Below, one piece after another: positions 21,247-34,463 of a stretch of 62,886 nucleotides of DNA. Both the position numbers and the translations under genes were made by a program. Under the pieces are notes generated by a model. It saw only the letters and a program-made list of their open reading frames with translations. It ran no database searches and had not been told where the DNA came from. Numbering within the stretch: position 1 is the first letter of the stretch; each line of letters begins with the position of its first letter. This stretch comes from an uncultured bacterium (GTDB taxonomy: Bacteria > Actinomycetota > Actinomycetes > S36-B12 > UBA5976): positions 1 to 62,886 of the forward strand of contig CAXBQV010000001.1 in NCBI GenBank assembly GCA_963978265.1, in the 5' to 3' direction.

Positions 21247-22581
21247 TCAGCCCGTGTAGTGCTTGTCCGAGATCGCGAGTACCTCATCGATGATCGCGAG
21301 GCCTTCCTTGGCCTGCACATCGTCGATGATCAACGGCGGCACCACGTTCAGGCGGTTGCCGGAGACGAACGTCATCAGCCCGCGCTTCTTGAGTTCGCCG
21401 GCAATCTCCGCCATCGCCGGCGACGATCCGCCGTAGGGAGCGAGTTCCTCGCGCGTCTTGCGATCCTTCACGAGTTCGAGCACCCAGAAGCAGCCGATAC
21501 CGCGGACATCACCGATGATCGGATGGCGCTCCGCGAGTTCGTGCAGTCCGGGACCGAGCACGGTCGTGCCGATGTGCTTCGCATTCTCGACGATCTTCTC
21601 TTCCTTCATCACGTCGATTGTTGCAACGGCAGCGGCACACGCAAGCGGATGCCCGGAGTAGGTAAGGCCACCGGGGTAGAACTTGTCCTCGAAGTGATCG
21701 GACAGGTCCTTGCTCATGCTGATGCCGCCGAGCGGCACATAGCCCGAGTTCACACCCTTCGCGAAGCAGATGATGTCGGGTTCGACGTTGTAGTTCTTGT
21801 AGGCGAACCATTCGCCGGTGCGACCGAAGCCAGCCATCACCTCATCTGCAATGTAGACAATGTTGTTGTCACGGCAGAGCTTCTGCAGACCCTCGAGGTA
21901 GCCGGGCGGCGGCGGGATGATGCCGGCAGTGCCGATGACGGTCTCGATGATCACCGCTGCGATGGTGCTCGCACCCTCGTACATGATGATGTCCTTGAGG
22001 TGCTGCAGTGCGCGCTCGCCCTCCTCCTCCATCGTCGTCGAATGGAAGTTCGAGCGGTACAGGTACGGGCCCATGAAGTGCACGATCGAGTGCGCGTACT
22101 CGTTCGCCCATCGACGCGGTTCGCCGGTGAGGTTGATCGCGAAGCCAGTGTTGCCGTGGTACGAGCGGTATGCGGCGAGGATCTTGTTCTTGCCGGTCTT
22201 GACGCGTGCGACACGAATCGCATTCTCGACGGCCTCGGCGCCGCCCACGGTGAAGAACACCTTCTTGTGGTTCGCAGGGGCGAGGTCACTGATCCGCTTC
22301 GCGGCTTCTGCGCGCGCGGCATTCGCATGCGAGGGTGCGACCGTGGCGAGTACCGCCACCTGGTCCTGGATGGCCTTCACGACCTTCGGATGCTGATGAC
22401 CGATGTTCGTATTCACCAACTGCGATGAGAAGTCGAGGAAGCGATTGCCGTCGGCATCCCACAGGTGCACACCCTCCGCCCGCTCGATGAGGAGCGGCTT
22501 GACCTGCCCTTGCACCGACCATGAATAGAAGACGTGTTCGCGATCGAGTTCGCTGATGCGCTGGGCTTCGTTTTTGTCCAT
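21247..22581 (-). CDS. Class-III PLP aminotransferase (omega-/beta-alanine- or taurine--pyruvate-type)
   Basis: 444 aa with full-length similarity to aspartate aminotransferase family/class III enzymes (FLDFSSQLVNTNIGHQHP..., DEVMAGFGRTGEWF). Substrate is not inferable. Confidence 0.85.
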   Translation of the reverse strand: MDKNEAQRISELDREHVFYSWSVQGQVKPLLIERAEGVHLWDADGNRFLDFSSQLVNTNIGHQHPKVVKAIQDQVAVLATVAPSHANAARAEAAKRISDLAPANHKKVFFTVGGAEAVENAIRVARVKTGKNKILAAYRSYHGNTGFAINLTGEPRRWANEYAHSIVHFMGPYLYRSNFHSTTMEEEGERALQHLKDIIMYEGASTIAAVIIETVIGTAGIIPPPPGYLEGLQKLCRDNNIVYIADEVMAGFGRTGEWFAYKNYNVEPDIICFAKGVNSGYVPLGGISMSKDLSDHFEDKFYPGGLTYSGHPLACAAAVATIDVMKEEKIVENAKHIGTTVLGPGLHELAERHPIIGDVRGIGCFWVLELVKDRKTREELAPYGGSSPAMAEIAGELKKRGLMTFVSGNRLNVVPPLIIDDVQAKEGLAIIDEVLAISDKHYTG

Positions 22582-22665
22582 CGGGACCTCCGCGGACGAG
22601 CCTACGGACGACGTCGAAACCGCTACAGGGACCGATGGATTCCCGTCGGCAAAAGGTTGGTTTCG

Positions 22666-24066
<1,401 letters not shown>

Positions 24067-25089
24067 CTACTTCATCTTGGTGCCGGTGGAGCGCAGGTCC
24101 GCACAGGCTGTGACGACACGGGCCGCCATGCCCTTCTCGGCTGCCTTGCCCCACGCGCGCGGGTCGTACATCTTCTTGTTGCCGACTTCGCCGTCGATCT
24201 TCAGCACACCGTCGTAGTTCCTGAACATGTGCTCGACGACCGGACGCGTGAATGCGTACTGCGTATCGGTATCGATGTTCATCTTCACGACGCCGTGATC
24301 GAGCGCTTCGCGAATTTCCGAGAGCAGCGAACCCGAACCGCCGTGGAACACGAGATCCATGAACTTGTGCTTACCGGTCTTCTGCTCGACGGCATCCTGC
24401 AGGTCCTTCAGGATCGACGGGGTGAGAACCACATTGCCGGGCTTGTAGACGCCGTGCACGTTACCGAATGTGGCGGCGACCATGTAGCGACCGCGTTCGC
24501 CGAGACCGAGCTTTGCAACGGTTGCGAGCGCATCTTCCGGCGTCGAGAACAGCTTCGCGTCGTGCTTCGCCTCGATGCCGTCCTCCTCGCCACCGACGAC
24601 ACCGATTTCGATTTCAAGGATGGTCTTCGCGGCGGCGCACTTGTCGAGCATTTCGTCGGCGATGGCGAGGTTCTGGTCCATCGGCACGGCGGAACCGTCC
24701 CACATGTGCGACTGGAACAGTGGGTTCTTGCCAGCCTTCACGCGGTCGGCCGACACCTGCACGAGCGGACGCATGAACCCGTCGAGCTTCTCCAGCGGGC
24801 AGTGGTCGGTGTGGAGTGCGATGTTCACGTTGTACTTGGCCGCGACGACATGTGCGAACTCGGCGAGCGCAACGGCGCCGGTCACCATGTCCTTGACGGT
24901 CTGGCCCGATGCGTATTCGGCGCCGCCCCATGAGAACTGCACGATGCCGTCCGACTCAGCCTCCGCAAAGCCCTGGATCGCGGCGACAATCGTCTGCGAC
25001 GACGAGCAGTTGATGGCGGGGTATGCGAACTTGCCGGCCTTGGCACGATCGAGCATTTCCGCGTAGACCTCGGGGGTGGCGATAGGCAT
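24067..25089 (-). CDS. fba: Class II fructose-bisphosphate aldolase
   Basis: 340 aa with full-length class II FBA similarity (YPAINCSSSQT..., HTDHC, FHGGSGS). Confidence 0.95.
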   Translation of the reverse strand: MPIATPEVYAEMLDRAKAGKFAYPAINCSSSQTIVAAIQGFAEAESDGIVQFSWGGAEYASGQTVKDMVTGAVALAEFAHVVAAKYNVNIALHTDHCPLEKLDGFMRPLVQVSADRVKAGKNPLFQSHMWDGSAVPMDQNLAIADEMLDKCAAAKTILEIEIGVVGGEEDGIEAKHDAKLFSTPEDALATVAKLGLGERGRYMVAATFGNVHGVYKPGNVVLTPSILKDLQDAVEQKTGKHKFMDLVFHGGSGSLLSEIREALDHGVVKMNIDTDTQYAFTRPVVEHMFRNYDGVLKIDGEVGNKKMYDPRAWGKAAEKGMAARVVTACADLRSTGTKMK

Positions 25090-25155
25090 GGAGACTCCTC
25101 AGGTGGGCGAACGGCGTCATCCTTTCATGCCGCCAACCCGACCGGTAAACCGCCC

Positions 25156-26412
25156 TTAGGCCCCTTCTGTCGCGGGCTCGGGGTCGATCCACCGCAGTTC
25201 GCGCACCTCGCGCTCGAGCAGTGGGAGGGCCAGCATCACCAGGGTGATGACGGCGGAGCCCAGGAGCACCGTCGACACCCCATGTGCGGCGATCAAGGGA
25301 CCGGCGACCGCCAGTCCAACCGGGCCGAACAGCAGCGAACCCATCGCATCGAAGGCGCTGACGCGCGACAGCGACTCGCGCGGAATGTGTGTCTGCAGCG
25401 CAGTTCCCCAATTGACGCCCCACTGCTCGAAGCTGATGCCGACGAGGAACGCACCGAGCGCCAGGATCCACACGGGATACGACTTCGACATCAACCAGAA
25501 CTGCAACGGCATCGACAACGACACCGCCAAACAGAACACGAGCGGCCGTTGTGGCTTGTACTTCGTCGCGATCAGTGCGCCCACCAGGAAGCCGATCGCA
25601 TACAGGGTCTGCACGATGGAGTAGTCGGCCGCACCGTTGAACTGCTCCTTGAAGAGCACCGGACCGGAGACATCGAAACCGGCACGCATACAGGCAACGA
25701 TCACGGAGAAGGCGGCAACGACAACCCACACCCACCGGAACGACATGAACGTACCGAAGCCGTGCAGGAGATCCCCTACCACCGACTGACCTGATGGCGG
25801 GGTCCGCGGCGTCAACGTCCGCAGCGTCCACACGAGCGCACCTGCGACAACAAAACTGACACCGTCGATGAACAGTGCCCAGCCCGGACCTGCGACCGTC
25901 ACAAGCGCACCGGCGATCGCCGCACCGAAGATCATGCCGCCGTTGTTCGCAATCGCGAGCACGGCGTTCGCGCGATTCCAGTCCTCCTGCTTGATGATCG
26001 CCGGCACGATGCCCGGGAAGGCCGGCCACCAGATGGCCGCGAGGATGCCGAAGATCGCATGATTGATGGCGATCAACTGCCACGTGGCGGTGCCGGTGAT
26101 GAAGAGGATGCCCTGTGCCATCACGAAGATGCTGCCGATCAGGTCGGTGATCGCAACGAGTGCCGCGCGCGGATAGCGATCGGCGATCACACCGCCGAAC
26201 GGCAGCATCACGACGATCGTGATCGCCTGTCCGGTGAGGACATAGCCGAGTTCCTTCGCACTTGCACCGGGCAGCTCAAGAATGCCGAAAGAAAGGGCAA
26301 TCGGCGCCATGCCGTTGCCGATGTTCGAAATGATCCGCGCGAACCAGAGTGCGCGAAACCGCGTGTTCGAGAACAGTTCGACGATGTCACGCATGCGAGG
26401 AGCCTGCCACAT
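25156..26412 (-). CDS. MFS transporter
   Basis: About 12 TM segments, FRALWFARIISNIGNGM N-terminal motif. Alternative start MRDIV at 26394. Confidence 0.8.
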   Translation of the reverse strand: MWQAPRMRDIVELFSNTRFRALWFARIISNIGNGMAPIALSFGILELPGASAKELGYVLTGQAITIVVMLPFGGVIADRYPRAALVAITDLIGSIFVMAQGILFITGTATWQLIAINHAIFGILAAIWWPAFPGIVPAIIKQEDWNRANAVLAIANNGGMIFGAAIAGALVTVAGPGWALFIDGVSFVVAGALVWTLRTLTPRTPPSGQSVVGDLLHGFGTFMSFRWVWVVVAAFSVIVACMRAGFDVSGPVLFKEQFNGAADYSIVQTLYAIGFLVGALIATKYKPQRPLVFCLAVSLSMPLQFWLMSKSYPVWILALGAFLVGISFEQWGVNWGTALQTHIPRESLSRVSAFDAMGSLLFGPVGLAVAGPLIAAHGVSTVLLGSAVITLVMLALPLLEREVRELRWIDPEPATEGA

Positions 26413-26431
26413 TCGCCGCTAGGCTCGTCGC

Positions 26432-27061
26432 ATGCTTGCGCTCGTGCCGTCGTGGCTCACTGCCGATGGACTCATCTCGTTCTTCGGCGACTGGGCGATG
26501 TGGGGCGTCGCACTCATCATCTTCATCGAATGCGGACTGCTCGTCGGTGTCGTGCTTCCGGGGGATTCACTACTCTTCGGCGTCGGCATGCTCATCGCCA
26601 CCGACGTGATCAATGCACCGATCTGGCTTGCCTGCCTGGTGCTCACGACTGCGGCAATCACGGGCAACATCGTTGGCTACCAAGTCGGGAAATCACTCGG
26701 CCCGAAGCTCTTCACCACGAAATCACGACTCTTCAAGCTCGAATACGTCACCAGAACCGAGGCATTCTTCGAGCGCTATGGCAACCGCGCCATCGTGTTC
26801 GCGCGTTTCGTGCCGGTCGTCCGTTCCGTGATCACCGCACTGGCAGGTGTCGGACATATGGACCGCGCCCGCTATCTCAAGTTCACCACGATCGGTGGCG
26901 TCATCTGGGGAACCGGAGTCACACTCACCGGCTTCTTCCTCGGCAGCGTGCAGTTCATCCACGACAACCTCGAGGTCGCACTCGTCATCATCGTGATCGT
27001 GAGTTGGATTCCGCTGCTGCTCGAGGGTTACCGAATCAAGCGGGATTCGGCCGCTCGTTAG
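26432..27061 (+). CDS. DedA/VTT-domain membrane protein
   Basis: [19 protein letters not shown] and RFVPVVRS motifs of the DedA family. TAGGCT -10-like hexamer 6 nt before the ATG, no SD (leaderless candidate). Confidence 0.85.
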   Translation: MLALVPSWLTADGLISFFGDWAMWGVALIIFIECGLLVGVVLPGDSLLFGVGMLIATDVINAPIWLACLVLTTAAITGNIVGYQVGKSLGPKLFTTKSRLFKLEYVTRTEAFFERYGNRAIVFARFVPVVRSVITALAGVGHMDRARYLKFTTIGGVIWGTGVTLTGFFLGSVQFIHDNLEVALVIIVIVSWIPLLLEGYRIKRDSAAR

Positions 27062-27915
27062 CGGTGCTTGAGCTGCCGCTCAGCTGCTTCCACCACGTTC
27101 GCAACCAGCATGGCGCGCGTCATCGGTCCGGTGCCGCCCGGCATCGGCGCGAGGTGGCCCGCCACCTCCCGCACATCCGGATGGACGTCGCCGAGCAGGC
27201 CGGCGTCGGTCCGGGTGATGCCGACGTCGAGCACGGCGGCGCCCGGCTTCACCATGTCCGGTGTCAGCATGTGCGGAACACCGGCGGCCATGACAACGAT
27301 GTCGGCGCGCTTCGTGTGGAAGGCAAGATCACGGGTGCCCGTGTGGCACAGGGTCACCGTTGCGTTCTCGCTGCGTCGCGTCAGGAGCAGACCGAGTGGT
27401 CGGCCGACCGTGATCCCACGACCGACAACGGCCACTTCCGCGCCGCTGATGTTCACGTTGTAACGACGAAGCAGTTCGACAATGCCCGCAGGAGTGCACG
27501 GCAGTGGCGCTTCGATACCGAGCACGAGCCGCCCGAGGTTCACGGGGTGCAGGCCGTCGGCATCCTTCGCCGGATCGATGGCTTCGAGTGCTGCGTCGGC
27601 GTCCAAACCCTTCGGAAGCGGCAGCTGGACGATGTATCCGGTGCACGTGGGGTTTGCGTTCAGTTCCTTCAGACTGGCCATGACCTCGGCCTGTGTTGCG
27701 GTGGCCGGGAGATCGACGCGCACGGATTCGATGCCGACTTCGTGGCAGTCGCGGTGCTTGCCTGCAACGTACGAATGGGAGCCGGGGTCGTCGCCCACGA
27801 GCACGGTGCCGAGTCCGGGATGGATACCAGCGGCCTTCAACACCGCCACCCGCTCTGCAAGCTCGGCCTTGATGGCGGCAGCGGTCGCCTTGCCGTCCAG
27901 AATGATTGCGGACAT
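27058..27915 (-). CDS. folD: Bifunctional methylenetetrahydrofolate dehydrogenase/cyclohydrolase
   Basis: Start [19 protein letters not shown] at 27915; full FolD similarity (...[10 protein letters not shown]..., [12 protein letters not shown]). The 123-aa 5' extension in the track is a shadow. Confidence 0.95.
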   Translation of the reverse strand: MSAIILDGKATAAAIKAELAERVAVLKAAGIHPGLGTVLVGDDPGSHSYVAGKHRDCHEVGIESVRVDLPATATQAEVMASLKELNANPTCTGYIVQLPLPKGLDADAALEAIDPAKDADGLHPVNLGRLVLGIEAPLPCTPAGIVELLRRYNVNISGAEVAVVGRGITVGRPLGLLLTRRSENATVTLCHTGTRDLAFHTKRADIVVMAAGVPHMLTPDMVKPGAAVLDVGITRTDAGLLGDVHPDVREVAGHLAPMPGGTGPMTRAMLVANVVEAAERQLKHR

Positions 27916-28934
27916 CACAACTCCTCGTCGTCGGGCCCGACCGTAGCGCGAACCGGACGACGCGCAACACCGACCAAAATACCCAAAAGGCTGAGGGCGA
28001 CACCTGCGTAGATATGTGGTCCGAGTTCGATGCCGGGAGTGGGGGCCAGCAGGTCGAGCAGCAGCGACGAGGCAAGCTGTCCACCAACACTGAGTGCCGT
28101 CAGCAGGAGCACGCTGATCCGTTGCGCCACGACGTTCGCAATCGCGATGTACACGACGCCGACAGCGCCGCCGGTGTACATCCACCAGTTGTGCCGGGGC
28201 AGCGCAACGATCTCCTGACCACCAAGCGCGGTGATGAACAGCGCGGTGAACAGCAGGATGCACCCCATCATGAAGTTCCACCACGTGGTGGCGAACGAAT
28301 GCTGGGCATAGTCGTTCACATGCGCGTTGAGTGCGCGCTGCACCGAAACTCCTCCACCGACCAGCAGACCGAGGACCGGTGCCAAGAGTGACGACGACGG
28401 CATCGTGATCCGGTCCGAGACGGACACGCCGACCGCGATCACGGTGATGAGGCCGGTGATCGCCCGTTGGGCGGTGATGTGGTGCGTGATTCCTGCGCGC
28501 AGCCCAATGCGATCAACGATCATCGACGCAGCGGTCTGTCCACCGATAGTCGCAACGGAGAACAGCGCGACACCCACGAGTGGAACCGAGTACGCCTGCA
28601 CGATCACGAAGATCGCACCCAGCATGCCGCCGATGGTGTGCCAGCGCGGCAATCGCCGCGCACGAGCCGTTGCCGGGATCCGGCGCACCGCATCCCGCAT
28701 TGGTCTCGACGCCAATGCCATCAGGATCAGGAAGAGGAAACCGCTACCGAACGAGACGCAGGCGGTTTCGATCGCATTACCGAGTTCGTGGGAGAGCTGT
28801 CCGTTCGCGCGCGACTGCAGGGAGATGATGCTGCCGGACACGACGGCCAGCGCGATCGTGCCCGGCGTCGCGTGGTGTCGATCAGTGGAAGAAATGACGA
28901 GTCCCGGTGAAGTACATCGAGATTCCGGCTGCAT
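27915..28934 (-). CDS. DMT-superfamily membrane protein, duplicated DUF606/YdcZ-like
   Basis: About 10 TM segments in two homologous halves ([10 protein letters not shown]... and [10 protein letters not shown]...). Its stop shares one nt with the folD ATG. The only ATG start (28934) overlaps the purH 3' end by 53 nt, so the start is uncertain. Confidence 0.7.
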   Translation of the reverse strand: MQPESRCTSPGLVISSTDRHHATPGTIALAVVSGSIISLQSRANGQLSHELGNAIETACVSFGSGFLFLILMALASRPMRDAVRRIPATARARRLPRWHTIGGMLGAIFVIVQAYSVPLVGVALFSVATIGGQTAASMIVDRIGLRAGITHHITAQRAITGLITVIAVGVSVSDRITMPSSSLLAPVLGLLVGGGVSVQRALNAHVNDYAQHSFATTWWNFMMGCILLFTALFITALGGQEIVALPRHNWWMYTGGAVGVVYIAIANVVAQRISVLLLTALSVGGQLASSLLLDLLAPTPGIELGPHIYAGVALSLLGILVGVARRPVRATVGPDDEEL

Positions 28935-30444
28935 TCGCCGCAGCGATGACGTCCTCGTCGCGCACGGATCCGCCCGGTTGCACGATTGCGGTCACACCGG
29001 CGTCGATGAGCACTTGGACGCCGTCCGCGAATGGGAAGAACGCGTCGGACGCACACACCGACCCCGTTACGCGGTCACCCGCGCGGGCGACTGCAAGCCG
29101 CGCTGCATCGACGCGGTTGACCTGTCCCATCCCGATACCGACTGCCGCGCCATCCTTCGCAAGCAGGATCGCATTGCTCTTCACGCACCGCACTGCGCGC
29201 CAGGCGAACGCGAGATCGGCGAGCGTTGCAGCGTCGACCGCAGGTCCTGCGGCGAGCACCCAATTCGACGGATCGTCCCCTTCGGCCTGCAGCCGATCCA
29301 TGCTCTGCATGAGCATGCCACCGGAGACCATGCGCATGTCGATGCGCTCCCCCGGCGCGATATCCGGTGCAACCAGCAGTCGAATGCTCGGCTTCTGCGA
29401 CAGGATCTCGACGGCTTCGGGTTCGAATCCCGGCGCGACCACCACCTCGGTGAAGACCGGCGCGATCTGTTCCGCCATCGTCTTGGTCACGATGCTGTTG
29501 GCCGCGATGACGCCGCCGAACGCGGAGACCGGATCCGTTGCATGCGCCTTCCGATGTGCTTCTGCGATGTCGGCGCCGACAGCGATGCCACACGGGTTCG
29601 CATGCTTGATGACGGCGACTGCCGGTTCCGTGAAGTCATAGGCGGCACGGCGCGCAGCATCGGCATCGACGTAGTTGTTGTACGACATCTCTTTGCCGTG
29701 CAATTGCGCTGCCCCGGCAATCCCGGTTCCGCCGAAGCCGGCGGTGTACACGGCAGCCCGCTGGTGCGGGTTCTCGCCGTAGCGCAGTACCTGCCGACGA
29801 TCCCAGGTGGCGCCGACCCAGCTCGGGAAACCGCTGCCGTCGTTCGTCGGCGAAACCGCGTTCCCGAGCCACGACGCCACCGCGACGTCGTAGGTCGCAG
29901 TGTGCACGAAGGCGTCAGCAGCAAGTCGTTGGCGCTGCTCGAGGGTGAAGCCGCCGTTCTCGAGCGCATCGAACAACTGCGAATACTGCAACGGCGATGT
30001 GAGCACTGCCATGTTTGCATGGTTCTTCGCAGATCCGCGCACCATCGCCGGACCACCGATGTCGATCTGCTCGATGCATTGCTCCTGCGATGCGCCACTC
30101 ATCACCGTGTCGACGAACGGATACAGGTTCACAACGAGCAACTGGAACGGCTCGATCTCGAATGCATGGAGTTGTTCGCGATGCGAGTCCTCGCGCACAT
30201 CTGCGAGCAGGCCCGCGTGGATGCGTGGATGCAGTGTCTTCACGCGCCCGTCGAGACATTCGGGGAAGCCGGTCACGTCCTGCACCTGCTGCACCGGGAT
30301 GCCCAGTGCTGCGATCGTGGCGGCCGTGGAACCGGTCGAGACGATCTCGACACCCTTCGCATGCAGCGCACGCGCGACGTCCTCCAAGCCGGTCTTGTCC
30401 CAAACGGACACGAGCGCGCGTCGGATTTCCCGCTTGTCGGTCAT
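28882..30444 (-). CDS. purH: Bifunctional AICAR transformylase / IMP cyclohydrolase
   Basis: 520 aa: MGS-like N-domain ([12 protein letters not shown]) plus AICARFT domain, ending ...FTGTRHFFH. Confidence 0.95.
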   Translation of the reverse strand: MTDKREIRRALVSVWDKTGLEDVARALHAKGVEIVSTGSTAATIAALGIPVQQVQDVTGFPECLDGRVKTLHPRIHAGLLADVREDSHREQLHAFEIEPFQLLVVNLYPFVDTVMSGASQEQCIEQIDIGGPAMVRGSAKNHANMAVLTSPLQYSQLFDALENGGFTLEQRQRLAADAFVHTATYDVAVASWLGNAVSPTNDGSGFPSWVGATWDRRQVLRYGENPHQRAAVYTAGFGGTGIAGAAQLHGKEMSYNNYVDADAARRAAYDFTEPAVAVIKHANPCGIAVGADIAEAHRKAHATDPVSAFGGVIAANSIVTKTMAEQIAPVFTEVVVAPGFEPEAVEILSQKPSIRLLVAPDIAPGERIDMRMVSGGMLMQSMDRLQAEGDDPSNWVLAAGPAVDAATLADLAFAWRAVRCVKSNAILLAKDGAAVGIGMGQVNRVDAARLAVARAGDRVTGSVCASDAFFPFADGVQVLIDAGVTAIVQPGGSVRDEDVIAAANAAGISMYFTGTRHFFH

Positions 30445-31037
30445 GGCAGCGTCACCTTTCGGTCGTTCACGGCGAGTCCGTGCCGGGCGATTCGACGGAC
30501 GACGTCGACGAGCAATCGTCGTTCCACCACCTTGATTCGCTCGTGCAAGGTCGACTCATCGTCATCGGGAAGGATGTCGACGGCTTCCTGCACGATGACC
30601 GGACCGGTGTCGACACCGGCGTCGACGACGTGCACGGTGCTGCCCGTCTCGGCGACACCTGCCGACAGGGCATCCCGGACTGCGTGTGCACCGGGGAACG
30701 CGGGCAACAGCGCCGGATGGGTGTTGATGATCCGATCGGGGAACGCGGCCAGGGTTTCCGCACCGAGCACCAGCATGAAGCCTGCGGACACCACGAGAAC
30801 CGGCGTGAATTCCTCGATGGCGGCCGTCAACGCCTCATCCCACTCGGATCGGTCGGCGAAGTTCGCGGGATCCACCACCCGAACATCAATGCCAGCCCTG
30901 CTCGCGATGGCGACCGCGCCGGCTTTCGGATTGTCGGTCACGAGCGCCTCGATGGACAGCTCGTCGTCGCGCGCATCGATCAGGGCATTGAAGAGTGAGC
31001 CGTTGCCGGATGCGAGGACGACGATCCGGCAGGTCAT
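30441..31037 (-). CDS. purN: Phosphoribosylglycinamide formyltransferase
   Basis: [15 protein letters not shown] and [13 protein letters not shown] motifs. 4-nt overlap with purH. Confidence 0.9.
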   Translation of the reverse strand: MTCRIVVLASGNGSLFNALIDARDDELSIEALVTDNPKAGAVAIASRAGIDVRVVDPANFADRSEWDEALTAAIEEFTPVLVVSAGFMLVLGAETLAAFPDRIINTHPALLPAFPGAHAVRDALSAGVAETGSTVHVVDAGVDTGPVIVQEAVDILPDDDESTLHERIKVVERRLLVDVVRRIARHGLAVNDRKVTLP

Positions 31038-31046
31038 GGCCCGAGT

Positions 31047-32258
31047 CTACTTTTCGAGCAACCGTCTGATTCGGCGGAGTGCCTCGTCGAAGATGCATGC
31101 AACTGCAAGCCAGCCGGAGGCAGCAAGCGCGGACTGCCAGAGCACCGGTCCGATTTGGGTGAGCCGTCCCGGACCCAGCCCACCGCTCCCGAGCACGCCC
31201 AGTGCTGCACCCGCAAGCAGTCCGAGCGCAAGCAGTTCAACGACGCTGCGCAGATGCAGCATGCCGTTCTCCTCGCGTGGCACCGGACGCGTTGCCCAGA
31301 TTGCGGCGGCCACTGGCATCACGTACAGGAGTGCAGTCCAGGTCGGCGGATTGTTCGGGATCAAGGTCAGCAGCGGGATCGGTGGCAGTGCGCCGATCTC
31401 GACACCGCTGAGCGCGATGTGCGTTCCCGTTCCGAATGCGAAGCCCGGACCGAGCAGCGCGGACACGAACCACAGGACAAGCGTGGGGAGGAACGCGATG
31501 CAGGTGAGCAGCAACTGCGCCGTGGATGTGAAGTCGCCGGCAACTGCGCGCAGGACGTCGACGAACGCGCGCCAGTGCACCATGCCCGACACGACGACCA
31601 ATGTCCCGGCGCTGGCAACGAGTGCAACGATGTAGCGCTGGACCGATACGCGATGGATGTGCCATGCCTCCGGCAATTCGATGCCGAGCACTCGGCCCAG
31701 TCCCCAGCCGAAACCAACGGCGCTGACCACAACGGCGCCCAACAATGATCGCCCGAGCGACGCGTGCAGGGTTTCGTTCTGGAGGGATGCGCCGACGAGC
31801 AACTGCATGCTCGCCACTGCTGCGATCGCAAACGCATAGGACTGCTTGGCGCTCGATGCATCGTGCGCATCGACTGCATCTGCCAGCCAGCTTCCAGCAC
31901 GCCGCATGAAGAGGAGGAGCACGAAGGTGAGGACGAGTGGTGGCAGGGACAGCGTGGCGCCCTGCCATTGCAGCGCACCACCGTTTGCAAGCATCCAGAT
32001 GGAGGCCGACGCCCGCACGACATCGCCGAACTGGCCGCTTCCCATCGGCGCCAGCACCCACGCGAGCACGATCACGAAGAGGAAGAGCAATAGCGACATC
32101 GCACTCGCCCACACACCCGCGATAACGCCGGCGACGGATCTCGGCCACAGCGTGGCAGCCGGAGTGTTCACCCGCGCGAACTCGTTGCGTACACGTGCAC
32201 GCAGATTCCGTTTGGATGCGCGGCGCGAGTTCAACGGCACGATGTTGTCAGGCTCCAC
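31047..32258 (-). CDS. Polytopic membrane protein, DUF6350 / PerM-like
   Basis: 403 aa with about 10 TM segments. Position between sucD and purN mirrors M. tuberculosis sucC-sucD...perM-purN-purH. Family call is from memory. Confidence 0.65.
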   Translation of the reverse strand: MEPDNIVPLNSRRASKRNLRARVRNEFARVNTPAATLWPRSVAGVIAGVWASAMSLLLFLFVIVLAWVLAPMGSGQFGDVVRASASIWMLANGGALQWQGATLSLPPLVLTFVLLLFMRRAGSWLADAVDAHDASSAKQSYAFAIAAVASMQLLVGASLQNETLHASLGRSLLGAVVVSAVGFGWGLGRVLGIELPEAWHIHRVSVQRYIVALVASAGTLVVVSGMVHWRAFVDVLRAVAGDFTSTAQLLLTCIAFLPTLVLWFVSALLGPGFAFGTGTHIALSGVEIGALPPIPLLTLIPNNPPTWTALLYVMPVAAAIWATRPVPREENGMLHLRSVVELLALGLLAGAALGVLGSGGLGPGRLTQIGPVLWQSALAASGWLAVACIFDEALRRIRRLLEK

Positions 32259-32262
32259 GGCC

Positions 32263-33153
32263 CTATCGTGCCAACTCCTTGCCGAGCTGCTGCATGATCT
32301 CGCGCATGAGTTGCGCGGTTTCTGACGGCGTCTTGCCCACCTTCACACCGGCAGCTTCGAGGGCGAGCTTCTTGGCGGCCGCAGTTCCCGCAGATCCCGA
32401 CACGATGGCACCGGCATGGCCCATGGTCTTGCCCTCGGGTGCAGTGAAACCTGCAACGTAGCCAACAACCGGTTTCGTCACGTTCGCCTTGATGTACGCA
32501 GCTGCACGCTCTTCGGCGTCGCCACCGATCTCACCGATCATCACGATCGCATCCGTTTCCGGATCTGCTTCGAACGCCGCAATACAGTCGATGTGGGTGG
32601 TGCCGACGATCGGATCGCCACCGATTCCGACGCACGTCGAGAAACCGATGTCGCGGAGTTCGTACATCATCTGGTACGTCAACGTTCCCGACTTCGAGAC
32701 GAGCCCGATGCGGCCGCGCTTCGTGATATCCGACGGCGTGATGCCGGCATTGCTCTGCTCAGGCGAGATGATGCCGGGGCAGTTCGGACCGATGATCCGA
32801 CTCTTGCCTTTGTTCTGGCAGTACTGGAAGAACGCTGCGGTGTCCGCCACCGGAATGCCTTCAGTGATGACGACGATGAGCGGAATCTCGGCATCCACAG
32901 CCTGGATGACGGCGTCCTTCGCAAACTTCGGTGGCACGAACACCACCGACACATTCGCACCGGTTGCGGCGACCGCTTCCTGGCACGAGTTGAACACCGG
33001 GATGCCGTCGAGTTCCTGGCCACCCTTACCCGGTGTCACGCCGGCCACGATGTTGGAGCCACCTGCGAGCATCCGCCGCGTGTGCTTGGAACCCTCCGAG
33101 CCGGTCATGCCCTGCACGAGGATCTTGCTGTGCTTGTCGAGGAAGATCGTCAT
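32263..33153 (-). CDS. sucD: Succinate--CoA ligase subunit alpha
   Basis: GMTGSEG CoA-binding motif and phosphohistidine loop GHAGAIV. Confidence 0.95.
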   Translation of the reverse strand: MTIFLDKHSKILVQGMTGSEGSKHTRRMLAGGSNIVAGVTPGKGGQELDGIPVFNSCQEAVAATGANVSVVFVPPKFAKDAVIQAVDAEIPLIVVITEGIPVADTAAFFQYCQNKGKSRIIGPNCPGIISPEQSNAGITPSDITKRGRIGLVSKSGTLTYQMMYELRDIGFSTCVGIGGDPIVGTTHIDCIAAFEADPETDAIVMIGEIGGDAEERAAAYIKANVTKPVVGYVAGFTAPEGKTMGHAGAIVSGSAGTAAAKKLALEAAGVKVGKTPSETAQLMREIMQQLGKELAR

Positions 33154-33154
33154 G

Positions 33155-34330
33155 TCACTTACCTGCCGCCAGTTGGGCCACGCGTCGCGCGGCTTGATCC
33201 ATCGTCTCGACGCGCTCGACGATCTTCAGTCCTGATTCGTCGAGGATCCGACGACCTTCGATCGCGTTGTTGCCGTCGATGCGGCACACGAGCGGCTTCG
33301 TCACCGGCTTACCCTGCTGCTCGAGCATCGCCACGGCCTGGATGATTCCGTTCGCCACCGCGTCGCAGGCGGTGATGCCGCCGAAGACGTTCACGAACAC
33401 CGCCTTCACGTCAGGATCGTTGAGCACGATGTCGAGGCCGTTCGCCATGACCTGAGCACTCGCACCACCACCGATGTCGAGGAAGTTCGCAGGCTTCACG
33501 CCGCCGAACTCCTCCCCGGCGTACGCGACGACGTCGAGCGTCGACATCACGAGCCCGGCGCCATTGCCGATGATGCCCACTTCGCCCTGCAACTTCACGT
33601 AGTTGAGATCGAGTTCCTTGGCGCGCAGCTCGATCGGATCGGTGGCCGCCGTGTCGACGAACGCTTCATGCCCCGGATGGCGGAAGTTGGCGTTGTCATC
33701 GAGTGTGACCTTGCCGTCGAGGGCCACGATGCGACCATCACCGGTCTTCACCAGCGGGTTCACCTCGACGAGGGTGGCGTCCTCCTTGATGAGCACACCC
33801 CAGAGGGTCTGCAGGACCTCGATCACGCCGTCGCGCACGTCAGCGGGGAACTTCGCCGCGTCTGCGATTTCGGCGGCCTTCGCGGCGGTGACGCCTTCGA
33901 TGGCGTCGACGCGCACCTTTGCGAGCGCTTCGGGCTTCGTCGCTGCGACTTCTTCAATGTCCATGCCGCCTTCGACGGATGCCATCGCAAGGTATGCGCG
34001 ATTCGCACGGTCGAGGAGGAAGGACACGTAGTACTCGCTCTTGATGTCGGCAGTCGCTGCCACCATGACGCGGTGCACGGTGTGACCCTTGATGTCCATG
34101 CCGAGGATCGCGGAGGCCTTCGCCTCAGCGTCGGCGGCGTCATCGGCGAGCTTCACGCCGCCGGCCTTGCCACGACCACCGGTCTTCACCTGCGCCTTGA
34201 TGACAACCCGACCACCGATCGCGGTGGCGGCTGCGGCTGCTGCTTCGGGGGTGTCAGCGGTCAGTCCGGTGACGACGGGAACACCGTGCGCTTCGAACAG
34301 ATCGCGCGCCTGGTACTCGTAGAGATCCAT
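33155..34330 (-). CDS. sucC: Succinate--CoA ligase subunit beta
   Basis: [13 protein letters not shown]-terminus, ATP-grasp, full-length similarity; SD GAGGAG. Confidence 0.95.
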   Translation of the reverse strand: MDLYEYQARDLFEAHGVPVVTGLTADTPEAAAAAATAIGGRVVIKAQVKTGGRGKAGGVKLADDAADAEAKASAILGMDIKGHTVHRVMVAATADIKSEYYVSFLLDRANRAYLAMASVEGGMDIEEVAATKPEALAKVRVDAIEGVTAAKAAEIADAAKFPADVRDGVIEVLQTLWGVLIKEDATLVEVNPLVKTGDGRIVALDGKVTLDDNANFRHPGHEAFVDTAATDPIELRAKELDLNYVKLQGEVGIIGNGAGLVMSTLDVVAYAGEEFGGVKPANFLDIGGGASAQVMANGLDIVLNDPDVKAVFVNVFGGITACDAVANGIIQAVAMLEQQGKPVTKPLVCRIDGNNAIEGRRILDESGLKIVERVETMDQAARRVAQLAAGK

Positions 34331-34463
34331 GCTGCTCCTCGGGATTCTGGAGTAACCCTAATGCCGCACGCGAACATGCCGTCCGGCGCGCTACCCGTCA
34401 GAACGTGGCGGAGGTCACGCTCGGATGGGGTGAACCGGCCGGTAAGCCGCGTAACTTTTCGGC

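Noticed and set aside
28327-31635. 1102-aa plus-strand ORF, the longest in the window. Similar cases: 13419-15788 (789 aa), 26059-28011 (650 aa), 19670-21199 (509 aa), 98-1570 (490 aa), 23260-24933 (557 aa), 43748-44998 (416 aa).
   Set aside because: All lie fully antisense to, or out of frame with, genes that have strong full-length homology (purH/purN/PerM-like, purL, MFS/DedA/folD, purD, clpB, purA/fba, CoADR). Their translations are Arg/Ala/Pro/Ser-rich with no recognisable domains. Stop-free shadow frames are expected opposite high-GC3 coding sequence.
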